Source: an uncultured Gemmatimonadota bacterium (GTDB taxonomy: Bacteria; Blakebacterota; Blakebacteria; Blakebacterales; Blakebacteraceae). From it: a stretch of 63,425 nucleotides of DNA. Shown in pieces: positions 1-8,653 of this stretch (the first letter of the stretch is position 1; each line of letters starts with the position of its first letter). The stretch lies in contig CAZNUA010000020.1 in the NCBI GenBank assembly GCA_964576115.1, positions 1 through 63,425 of the forward strand, read 5' to 3'. The notes under the pieces were generated by a model that saw nothing but the letters and a program-made list of their open reading frames with translations, did not search any database and was not told the DNA's origin. The position numbers and the translations under genes are program-made.

Positions 1-135
1 CTACCCGCTGGCCGACGGCGTCCTGGCTGCCCCTATCTGCACGCTCTGGGCCTGATATAGGTAGGGCACACTATCCCGCGCCCTGATCCGCATCATGCGG
101 ATGATCCATGTGAAGGGATGGAACCCCAGGATTGC

Positions 136-223
136 TGGCGGAGGGGGAGGGATTCGAACCCCCGGTAGCCGAAGCTACAACGGTTTTCGAGACCGCCCCT
201 TTCAACCACTCAGGCACCCCTCC
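136..223 (-). tRNA. tRNA-Ser (anticodon CGA)
   Basis: Reverse complement GGAGGGGTGCCTGAGTGGTTGAAAGGGGCGGTCTCGAAAACCGTTGTAGCTTCGGCTACCGGGGGTTCGAATCCCTCCCCCTCCGCCA: cloverleaf, long variable arm, GTTCGAATC T-loop, encoded CCA. Confidence 0.97.
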
Positions 224-348
224 GCGAAACTCAGATATCAGCCAATGAGGTCTCGCTAAGGTGCGCATACCGTTGCGTCGTCGTCAACTCCTTATGCCCG
301 AGTATCGCCGCCGTCTGTGGCAGCGACGCCCCGGCCATGACGAGCCAG

Positions 349-378
349 CTAGTGTCATGTCACGTGACAGGGCACTAG
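349..378. repeat. 30-bp imperfect palindromic element with CTAG ends (copy 1)
   Basis: CTAGTGTCATGTCACGTGACAGGGCACTAG; near-identical inverted copy at 16081-16108. Confidence 0.7.
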
Positions 379-439
379 GGCAAGCATGACGAAGGGTACT
401 TGCATACCCGCCCCCGGACTTTCCTGGAAGGGAGCAGAT

Positions 440-3181
440 CTACTCCTCAGTCATCACCTCAATCGGTGATATCTTCATGACTCGCTTCGCGGGAACGTAC
501 GCAGCGCCGAGGCACACCAGCATCAATAGACCAAGAACACCGAGATAGATCGTCGGATCTGAAATCTCGACGCCGAACAGGAAGTGTTTGATCAGCTTTG
601 TTGCCCAGGAAGCGACCGCCAGACCCACAGCGGCTCCAATCGCGGCACTCAACATGCTGTCGCTCAGGACAAGGCGGATCAGCCCCCGCGCTCCCGCTCC
701 CAGAGCCATGCGAATTCCCATTTCTTTGGTCCGAGCCGCAACGCTCCGGACCGTAATGCCGAAAATGCCAACTGCGGACAACAGCGTTGCGAGTGCTGCG
801 AACGTCAACATGAGCACCGTACGGAACCGGTCGTCGGATTCGGAATCCCTCACCAATGCCGGGAGTGTTGTCGGGTTACCGATCCAGATGGTGGGATCGA
901 CCTGTCGGATCGCTTCTCTCAGCGAACGTAGTACCGTCGCAGGCTCGCCGACCGTCTGCACGACAAGCGTCAGCTTTTGATCAGGTTCACGAGGATACTG
1001 CGTCGCCGGGAAGTAGAATGTGGGTTCCGCCTCCGAACCCAGCGCCTGTTTCCTCACGTCACCTACAACACCAACGATAGTCACCGGTTCGCCTTGCGCA
1101 TTCCAGTATGTTGCCGTTGCTCCGAGGGGCGACTCGCCGTGCCAGTACAACTCGGCCAGACCTTCGCTGATAAGCATGACCCGCGGGCTCCCCGGTCCGT
1201 CCGACGCGGTGAACAAGCGGCCGCTCTTGAGCGGAATTTCCATCACTTCATGGTAGGTCGGCAGTACGTGGCGGATATAATGAGTCGCGCCGACAGTTTG
1301 ACCGCCGATGTCGAGGCGTATTGTACTGGTCCAGGTTCCGCCACCGAACGGTACATAATCGGCACTCGTAACCGCCTGAACGCCGTCAACGCTCTCTGCA
1401 GCCGTCATAACTTCACCGAACATGCGTTCTGTCCAGCGCGACACCGATTCGGTGTCGTCTGGTCGGGGAGCGCTTTCTTGAGGAAACAAAACCTCAACGC
1501 TCGCCAATCTGTTCGCGCTGAAACCGGGATCTACGGTGAGAAGTTCGAGCATACTTCGTGCAAACAGTCCGCCCGCCAGCAATAACACGAAGGTCAGTGC
1601 CACCTGAATGGAGACCACACCATTCTGAATTCTCCGACCGCCCCGACCGGGACTCTGCCCACGTAACCTGAGCGCTTTGCCGAAAGAGCGGCCTCCCAGA
1701 GCAGATATCGGGGCAAGACTAAACAAAAGGCCGGTTGTGATGCCTGCGGCAGTGGTGAAGAGCAACACTCGTACACTCAGTGTCACCTCCTCCAGACGCG
1801 GTAATGGCGGAGCCACCGACAAGAGTGCCTCTTTGACCAACCAGGCCAGCAGCAAGCCCAATGCCGCCCCCGTCAGTCCCAGCAGTACATTCTCGGTGAG
1901 CAGTTGGCGGACAACCCGTCCTCGTCCCGCACCGAGAGCGTAGCGAACCGTGACCTCATGGCACCTGTTCGTGGCCTCCCCGACCAGAAGCCCGGCTATG
2001 TTCACGCATGCGATTATCAGGAGAATCCCCGCCGCTCCAAGAAGCAGAAGCAGCGGCGTTGTGAATCCCTTCGTCACGAAGTCTTTCCTGGATTCCACCC
2101 GGGCCAACTGATTCTCCGGACCGCGCGTCAGCAACCCCTGGATTTGGGTTCTCGCCTGGTCGACGCTGATTCCGGGAGCGAGCCGGGCCAACAGCTCGTA
2201 GTCATTCGAATTGTGGGAATCCTGCCGTAAGGGTAACCACACACCGCGAAGGCCGGCGTCCACTTCGCCACCTTTCTGATGGGTGCGGATCAGGTCGCTG
2301 CTGATGCGAAGATCCGCCGGCAATACCCCAACGACGTCGTACGGGATCCCGCCGAGCAGAAGCGTTTCGCCAAGTACGTGCGGATCTCTGCCAAAGCGTC
2401 GACTCCACATCTCGTAGCTCAGGAGTACAACGGGCGAACCCTCCTGTTCCGCAATCGGCGGCACCTCTTCGGGCATGAAGGTGCGACCCAGTACGGGTTG
2501 AACGCCGAGCAGATCAAACAGATTCGCGCTGGCCCTGCCCACGGAGAGCCGCTCAGGTTCCCCCTGGCCTGTGAACATGAGGTCGACACTCGTGAAGGCG
2601 GCGACGTCACTCAACGTCGTCGCGTGTGTTTTTACGTTCTGGTAATCGACCCACGGGAAAGCAATGTGGTCCCAGACATAGTCCAGACCTTCCACGCCGC
2701 GCCAGTTGGGCCAGGCTTTCCACACACTGACGAGTCTTTCGGGATCCCTGTACGGCAAGTCACGTATCAACACAGCATCGACGATGCTGAAGATTGCGGT
2801 CGTGCCGCCGATGCCCAATCCAAGCGTGAGAACGGCAATGACCGTAAAGAGGCGTCGCTTGCACAGCATTCTCAGGCCATACTGCAGATCCTGAATGATG
2901 AATCCAGCCGATTGCCTGACCCGTTCAGTGATTGAGGGGCGAGGTTCCCGGAATCCTTGTGGCAGTGCTGCAGGCTTCCGCCAGAGGTACCGGCGTGCTA
3001 TCAGATACACACGACCCCAGTACCACATCGCGGGTGGGATGCGGCTGCCGGTTTCCAGGTACTCCTGGTACTCCTCCCGCATATCACCAACAATGCTCTC
3101 CCCCACGATTCCCGATGGCAGCAACCACCTGAGCAGCCGCTCCGGTAATCTCGGCGGCCTGGTAGAGGTCGCGTCATTCAT
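440..3181 (-). CDS. ADOP-family duplicated ABC permease (MacB/FtsX-like)
   Basis: TLGLGIGGTTAIFS, LLIIACVNIA, EMGIRMALGA, PAKRVMKISP motifs; ATG at 3181 overlaps the end of the upstream PadR gene. Confidence 0.92.
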   Translation of the reverse strand: MNDATSTRPPRLPERLLRWLLPSGIVGESIVGDMREEYQEYLETGSRIPPAMWYWGRVYLIARRYLWRKPAALPQGFREPRPSITERVRQSAGFIIQDLQYGLRMLCKRRLFTVIAVLTLGLGIGGTTAIFSIVDAVLIRDLPYRDPERLVSVWKAWPNWRGVEGLDYVWDHIAFPWVDYQNVKTHATTLSDVAAFTSVDLMFTGQGEPERLSVGRASANLFDLLGVQPVLGRTFMPEEVPPIAEQEGSPVVLLSYEMWSRRFGRDPHVLGETLLLGGIPYDVVGVLPADLRISSDLIRTHQKGGEVDAGLRGVWLPLRQDSHNSNDYELLARLAPGISVDQARTQIQGLLTRGPENQLARVESRKDFVTKGFTTPLLLLLGAAGILLIIACVNIAGLLVGEATNRCHEVTVRYALGAGRGRVVRQLLTENVLLGLTGAALGLLLAWLVKEALLSVAPPLPRLEEVTLSVRVLLFTTAAGITTGLLFSLAPISALGGRSFGKALRLRGQSPGRGGRRIQNGVVSIQVALTFVLLLAGGLFARSMLELLTVDPGFSANRLASVEVLFPQESAPRPDDTESVSRWTERMFGEVMTAAESVDGVQAVTSADYVPFGGGTWTSTIRLDIGGQTVGATHYIRHVLPTYHEVMEIPLKSGRLFTASDGPGSPRVMLISEGLAELYWHGESPLGATATYWNAQGEPVTIVGVVGDVRKQALGSEAEPTFYFPATQYPREPDQKLTLVVQTVGEPATVLRSLREAIRQVDPTIWIGNPTTLPALVRDSESDDRFRTVLMLTFAALATLLSAVGIFGITVRSVAARTKEMGIRMALGAGARGLIRLVLSDSMLSAAIGAAVGLAVASWATKLIKHFLFGVEISDPTIYLGVLGLLMLVCLGAAYVPAKRVMKISPIEVMTEE

Positions 3182-3515
3182 TCGGCGCGCTCCCGAGCAC
3201 GGGCTCCAGACCATCCCAGAGCTTGAAGAACGTGGCGCGCGCAGCCTGCAGTGCTTGCACCCCTGCTGTTGTGACGTGGAACAGGCGGCGTCGATGCCCT
3301 CCCCGCCCCGGGATCGGTGCTTCTGTTTCCCACTTCACCAGACCCTTCGTCTCCAACCGGTCGAGCGTCTTGTACAGCGCCCCCCGGTCAACTTTACGGC
3401 CTGCTCTCTGGTCAAGTTCCCTGATGACTGAAAGCGCAAAGGCCTCTTCACCGGCCTGCAGTATGGCCAGAAGGACCATTTGCTCAAATTCGCCGAGAAA
3501 TTTCGATTGCGGCAT
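3174..3515 (-). CDS. PadR family transcriptional regulator
   Basis: LGEFEQMVLLAIL...GALYKTLDRLETKGLV...RRLFHVT; coupled to the ADOP gene. Confidence 0.93.
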   Translation of the reverse strand: MPQSKFLGEFEQMVLLAILQAGEEAFALSVIRELDQRAGRKVDRGALYKTLDRLETKGLVKWETEAPIPGRGGHRRRLFHVTTAGVQALQAARATFFKLWDGLEPVLGSAPNE

Positions 3516-3532
3516 TATTCAACCTCACTGAG

Positions 3533-3562
3533 TACAATGTCTACATCGATGAGGACATTGTA
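3533..3562. promoter_or_regulatory. Palindromic candidate PadR operator
   Basis: TACAATGTC-TA-CATCGATG-AG-GACATTGTA directly upstream of the padR start. Confidence 0.6.
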
Positions 3563-3692
3563 AGCATCGATATTGCGAGTGTCAAGTTTGGGTATGATAT
3601 GCCCAACCTGAATTCAGGTGTGCTCCGTCATCCAGGCACCCGGGAAGGCATCCTGTCCAATCACACGTGAGTAACTCGTGGATAGACCAATC

Positions 3693-4904
3693 TCACACTC
3701 CTGAACCATTCAATACTGCCGGGATGATATAGGTGGCCATCAGTTGGGCGGGAGAGCGGAAGGCCGGATCGTCATAGGCTCCCCCGGTGAACACAGCCAC
3801 GAGGTCCAGGTCGGGCACGACGATGATCTGCTGTTCTCCCCACCCGGCCGCGAAATACGTCTCAATCGGACCATCGGGTGTCATGTAGGTGAGCATCCAC
3901 CATCCGTAACCGTAGCCATCCGCCCAGCCGTACGAGAACGAGGACCGGGAGCTGACCGACTCTGCAACCCACGAATTCGAGAGCAGCTGTTCATCTCCCC
4001 ACCGGCCCTCCCTGAGAAAGAGCTCTCCGATCCTGGCCATATCGCGGGGCGTGAGCCAGAGCCCGCCTGAGGCGAAAACCACCTCGGAATTGAGCCGGGA
4101 CCAGTAGTACTCGCTGATACCGAGCGGTTCGAAGAGCCACTCTTCGGTGAAACTGTCGAGCTCCTGTCCGGTCACGAGTTCGACGACCTTCCCGAGGACA
4201 TTGGTACAGCCGCTGTTGTAGTGAAAGAGAGTTCCCGCGGGAGCTTCCATGGTCTTGTCAAAGATGTATCGTATCGGATCAGAATTATGGAATAACTGGT
4301 ACACGTCGTTGGCGGGATTGTCATAGTACACCGTGTGTTCATCCCACGGCAGGCCGGAGCGCATGGTGATCATATGCTCGAGCGTAATTTCTTCCCGGCC
4401 ATCGGTCGCCAGGTCAGAGAGTCCCGGGAAGAATGAGAGAACGGGAGTCTGCAGATCCAGGAGCCCCCGATCACACGCCAGACCGACCGCGATGGCCGTC
4501 ACGCTTTTGGTAACCGATGCCTGATAGTGCAGGGTTTCACGCGTGAACTCGGTGGGTTCGTAGCTTCCCGGGCTGAGCCACCTCTCTCCAGCGAAGTACT
4601 CTTCGAATACCAGCACGCCGTTCCGAACCAGCAGGATGGCATGGATCCGGTGGTTCTGATTCGCCTGAATCCGGTCCATCATCTGTATGAGCGGGACTGA
4701 ATCCACTCCCACGCTGATAAGGGAGCCGGTAGGCCAGTCACCAGCGATCTGATCAGGCAGGGAGTACTGATATCCGGTCGCGACCGGCGGCACCTGGTAT
4801 CCGACATCGTCGAGAGCGGTGTTGCACCCCGTGACCAGGTTGATCACTAGCAGAAGAGGAAAAGAAAGATTCATCGGTGCACGCATCTTTCGTTTGATAT
4901 TCAT
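3693..4904 (-). CDS. Serine hydrolase, beta-lactamase class C-like family, probable lipoprotein
   Basis: SVTK (SxxK), FHYNSG, LFEPLGI, GYGYGWW motifs; VTGC lipobox-like; GAGG RBS. Confidence 0.9.
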   Translation of the reverse strand: MNIKRKMRAPMNLSFPLLLVINLVTGCNTALDDVGYQVPPVATGYQYSLPDQIAGDWPTGSLISVGVDSVPLIQMMDRIQANQNHRIHAILLVRNGVLVFEEYFAGERWLSPGSYEPTEFTRETLHYQASVTKSVTAIAVGLACDRGLLDLQTPVLSFFPGLSDLATDGREEITLEHMITMRSGLPWDEHTVYYDNPANDVYQLFHNSDPIRYIFDKTMEAPAGTLFHYNSGCTNVLGKVVELVTGQELDSFTEEWLFEPLGISEYYWSRLNSEVVFASGGLWLTPRDMARIGELFLREGRWGDEQLLSNSWVAESVSSRSSFSYGWADGYGYGWWMLTYMTPDGPIETYFAAGWGEQQIIVVPDLDLVAVFTGGAYDDPAFRSPAQLMATYIIPAVLNGSGV

Positions 4905-5055
4905 AGTACCTCTTTTTACATCTCAGATCCCTGATGATCTGTACATCAGCCCAGCAGGGTGTGAGACTCGCATTACCTTCATTAGATATTAACGATACAG
5001 GTATCAATACTATATATAAGAAAAGGGGACCAAGAAACCACCGGTCATCTCGCTG

Positions 5056-5262
5056 GTGCATACCATCCTGCGTGACACCGCTGAACCGATGGATGTCGCC
5101 GCCATGATGAAGGTCCTGAAGGAATGCAGAATCGAGAATATCAAGGAAGCAACAGTTCGCACGGCCTTGGTCCGATTGGCAGAACAACCGGGTGTCAGGC
5201 GGGTTGAACGTGGCATTTATCAGATCGAAGAGAATCAATTCGAAGAGAATCAATCCCCATAA
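5056..5262 (+). pseudogene. Small winged-helix-like ORF or remnant
   Basis: 68 aa, ATVRTALVRL...VRRVERGIYQ resembles a wHTH C-terminus; in-frame stop at 5017 just upstream, no clear RBS. Confidence 0.3.
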
Positions 5263-5402
5263 ACGTGACCGCACCGGGGAGTGAACCGGGTGGCACGGGT
5301 GACGTTACAGCCGGGAACTGTCTCTTTACAGAGATCATAAAGACCGGGGCAGGTCGAGGTAACCCGTCTCGAGACCATAGAGAGGATTTCTCAGGCAACT
5401 TA

Positions 5403-5425
5403 TACACCTAAACTACGTAGGTGTA
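5403..5425. promoter_or_regulatory. Palindromic candidate PadR operator
   Basis: TACACCTA-AACTACG-TAGGTGTA upstream of padR. Confidence 0.55.
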
Positions 5426-5478
5426 AACTGTGTAGGGTTGTATCACCTGCTCTATGTCATGACTGACGGTTCAGATCG

Positions 5479-5829
5479 ATGAGAAAGGGAGATGTTATGG
5501 GACGGAGCAGACTCTATGTCGGCACCTTGGAGCTGATGGTGCTCCAGACCCTGAAGTGGGGGCCTATGCACGGTTACGCGGTCGGGCAGTGGATCGCCGA
5601 GCAGAGCGGCGGCACGCTGGACGTGGAAGAAGGGGCTCTTTACCCGGCTTTGCACCGGCTCGAGAACCGGGGGCTGGTCGAATCGGAATGGGGTACGACC
5701 GAGAGCAATCGCCAGGCCAAGTTTTACCGGCTCACCCGCAAGGGCAGCCGGCACCTGGACACCGAAGCCGCCCGCTGGCACGAACACGCCCGCGCGGTGA
5801 GCGCCGTGCTGGCCAGCTCTCGGGAGTAG
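5479..5829 (+). CDS. PadR family regulator (acidobacterial type)
   Basis: GTLELMVLQTL, HGYAV, EEGALYPALHRLE, NRQAKFYRLT; true start may be ATG at 5497. Confidence 0.94.
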   Translation: MRKGDVMGRSRLYVGTLELMVLQTLKWGPMHGYAVGQWIAEQSGGTLDVEEGALYPALHRLENRGLVESEWGTTESNRQAKFYRLTRKGSRHLDTEAARWHEHARAVSAVLASSRE

Positions 5830-5832
5830 ACC

Positions 5833-8586
5833 ATGGCCCGCCTGCCCCGATTCAGACGCCGTTTCCGATCGAGCGACTTCAACCCGGCTCCCGAGCGGGA
5901 TGTCGCCGACGAACTCTCGTTTCACCTGACACAGAAGATCGAGGATCTCATGGCCGAAGGTCTTTCACGAGATGAGGCCGAAAGGCAGGCCCGCGCATCC
6001 TTTGGCGATCATCAACAGATTGAAGAGGAATGCACCGGCTATACCCGCACCCGAACCCGCCGATGGATCGTGCAGACGATATTCCGAGATTTCACCCGTG
6101 ACATCCGGCTGGCTCTGCGGGGCCTGCGCCGGGTGCCCGGTTTCACCCTGGCTGCGGTGCTCATCCTGGCTCTGGGTCTGGGAGCGAATATCACCACCTT
6201 CTCGGCCCTCAAAATCGCCGTTCTCACTCCCCCACCTTTTCCCGAGGCCGAACGGCTGGTGAATGTGGACCTGACCCGGGCCGCCGAGGGCGGGTCGCGC
6301 ACCTCCCGCTGGGCCTACCCCTATCTGCAGACCTTCGTCGACTGGCCCGACCGCCTCATCGATCCCGTGGCGGGTTACCGGCAGCGCACGGCCACCCTGA
6401 CCGGTTTCGGTCCGGCCAGCCAGTTGTCGATCGAGATCGTTTCGCCCGACTACTTCCGGGTCGTCGGGCAGCCCCTGGTTCTGGGACGCGGCTTTGTTCC
6501 CGAAGAAGCCGATCCGGCACAACCGCACCGGACCGTCGTCGTATCTACTGCCTTCTGGCACGGCAGGATGGGAAGCGATCCCGATGCCTGCGGACGGGAG
6601 ATCACCCTGAACGGAGATGGCTACCGGGTTGTCGGCGTAGCTCCAACAGGATTCACCGGTTTTTCGGGTGAGGCGACACTGTGGCTGCCCCTGGGTGCGT
6701 ATGCCGAGTTCCAGCCGGGCGTACTGGAACAATCCTACAATCACGTCACCTGGGTGGTGGGACGCCTGCGTCCCGGCGCCACGCTGGCGGCGGCCGAGGC
6801 CCAGATGGAGGTCGTCGGTCAGGCTATCGCCACCGAGTGGCCGCGCGACGATTTCTACGGGGCGGGCGTGCGTTCATTTTCAGAGGCCTGGCAGAATCCC
6901 GAAGCCCGGACCGCTGCAGTCATTCTGGCTCTGGCCTCCGGACTGGTCTTGCTCGTGGCCTGTGCCAACCTGGCCGGTCTGCTGTATACCCGGGCCCGCA
7001 AACAGGTCCACGAAGGGGCGATCAGGCGCGCTCTCGGAGCCTCCCGGTGGCACCTCATCCGGCTGCAGCTGACAGAGAGCGGCGTCATCGCCCTGTTCGG
7101 CGGTCTGGCTGGACTTGGTCTGTCTGTGTGGGGCATGCATCTGCTGGCTGCGGCCTGGCCGGATCACTTCCTGCAGGGAGCCAACTCGGGCCTGCAGGTC
7201 ATCAATACCGATCATCTGGCGCTCGATGCCGGGGTGATCGGATTCGCCCTGCTCCTCTCCCTGGGTTCCGCCTTGCTGGTCGGTCTCATCCCGGCCCTGC
7301 GCCAGTCTTCTATCCGGTTGACCGACCGCCTCAAAGAGGGTGCCGGTGCGACCAGACACCGCCGCGGCCGCCTCGGGATCAATCCCCAGGCGGCCCTTGT
7401 GGGCGGGCAGATCGCCCTGGCCCTGCTGCTTTTAGTGGGAGTCGGTCTGATGGGCCTGACGGTCGGTCGCCTGCTGGGTGTGGATGAAGGCTTTCGGACC
7501 GAGCGGCTGCTCTGCTTCGATCTCTCGGCCCCGCAGAGCCTCCCTCGCATGGATCCGACCGACGAAGCCACCTGGCGCGCGCATATCACCCTGTCCTCTC
7601 AGTTCGATGACCGTGTCCAGCAACGCCTATCGGCCCGGCCCGAGATCGAGGACATCACCTTCGCCTCCGCCTCGGTCCTGTGGGGGTTCAACGCCGTTCT
7701 CGGCGTGTATGTCCCCGACGATCCCTCCGATCCACCACGGCAGGCGAGCATCGGCATCGTGCCGGTGGCCGACAATTACTTCGAATTGATGGACATCCCC
7801 GTTCTCAACGGTCGTGGTTTCATGCCTTCCGACGGGCTCAACGGAACCTGTGTTGCGGTTCTGAATCAAGCCGCCGCCGACCTGCTCTTCCCCGAGCAGG
7901 ATCCCGTCGGCCGGAGGATAGCCTCCGGATTCTCTTTGCCCGGCCGGGAAACGGCCGAAGTCGTCGGGGTGGTGGGAGATGTCATGTACACCTCGCCCAC
8001 CCAGGACCGCTGGCCGGTCGCCTACTACTCTCTGCGCGAGCGCCGCTTCGGCTCCTTCGCGGTCGTGCGGACCACGGGCGATCCCCGCCGGCACGTCCAC
8101 CTGATTCAGGAAGAGCTGTTCACCCTGGATCCCACCGTGGCCATGAGCAATATCGCCACGCTTGATGAACTCATGACCCGCTCGGTGGGGGACCGCGGTT
8201 TGATCTTCTGGCTGCTCCTCATCTTTTCCTCTGTCACGGTTCTCCTGGCAGCCATCGGCACCTGGGGGGTGGTGGCCTATGCGGTCACCGACCGGCAGCG
8301 GGAACTGGGCCTGCGGATCGCCCTGGGCGCGCAGGGCGGACGAGTTCTGGCCAGGGTTCTGCGTCAGAGTCTTCTCGCTGCCCTGACGGGGTTGTTCATC
8401 GGTCTGCTCGGCGCCTGGGCGGGCAGTCGCGTGCTCGAGGCTTTCCTCTGGAATACGAGTGCCCACGACCCGCGGATCTTCCTCGGTGCCGGAGGGCTCC
8501 TGCTGGTCGTGGTGCTGCTGGCCAGCTACCTGCCTGCCCGGCGGGTGTTGCGCATCGACCCGGTCAAAGCCCTGCGGGCGGAGTAG
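5833..8586 (+). CDS. ADOP-family duplicated ABC permease
   Basis: N-terminal permease prefix domain (DELSFHL), LVACANLA, RELGLRIALGA, LPARRVLRIDP. Confidence 0.93.
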   Translation: MARLPRFRRRFRSSDFNPAPERDVADELSFHLTQKIEDLMAEGLSRDEAERQARASFGDHQQIEEECTGYTRTRTRRWIVQTIFRDFTRDIRLALRGLRRVPGFTLAAVLILALGLGANITTFSALKIAVLTPPPFPEAERLVNVDLTRAAEGGSRTSRWAYPYLQTFVDWPDRLIDPVAGYRQRTATLTGFGPASQLSIEIVSPDYFRVVGQPLVLGRGFVPEEADPAQPHRTVVVSTAFWHGRMGSDPDACGREITLNGDGYRVVGVAPTGFTGFSGEATLWLPLGAYAEFQPGVLEQSYNHVTWVVGRLRPGATLAAAEAQMEVVGQAIATEWPRDDFYGAGVRSFSEAWQNPEARTAAVILALASGLVLLVACANLAGLLYTRARKQVHEGAIRRALGASRWHLIRLQLTESGVIALFGGLAGLGLSVWGMHLLAAAWPDHFLQGANSGLQVINTDHLALDAGVIGFALLLSLGSALLVGLIPALRQSSIRLTDRLKEGAGATRHRRGRLGINPQAALVGGQIALALLLLVGVGLMGLTVGRLLGVDEGFRTERLLCFDLSAPQSLPRMDPTDEATWRAHITLSSQFDDRVQQRLSARPEIEDITFASASVLWGFNAVLGVYVPDDPSDPPRQASIGIVPVADNYFELMDIPVLNGRGFMPSDGLNGTCVAVLNQAAADLLFPEQDPVGRRIASGFSLPGRETAEVVGVVGDVMYTSPTQDRWPVAYYSLRERRFGSFAVVRTTGDPRRHVHLIQEELFTLDPTVAMSNIATLDELMTRSVGDRGLIFWLLLIFSSVTVLLAAIGTWGVVAYAVTDRQRELGLRIALGAQGGRVLARVLRQSLLAALTGLFIGLLGAWAGSRVLEAFLWNTSAHDPRIFLGAGGLLLVVVLLASYLPARRVLRIDPVKALRAE

Positions 8587-8653
8587 AGCACGTGGGTATC
8601 GGAACCAAACCGAACTGCGTCGAGATTATCGGCGAGCCCGAAGGAGTCGCATA

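Noticed and set aside
136-223. tRNA as integration site of an island covering this window
   Set aside because: Its 3' end points out of the window; no integrase, and I saw no duplicated tRNA 3' end
71-268. 65-aa ORF
   Set aside because: Overlaps tRNA-Ser; spurious translation
3693-4904. True beta-lactam resistance gene
   Set aside because: Motifs fit the broad serine hydrolase family; nothing indicates a bona fide AmpC
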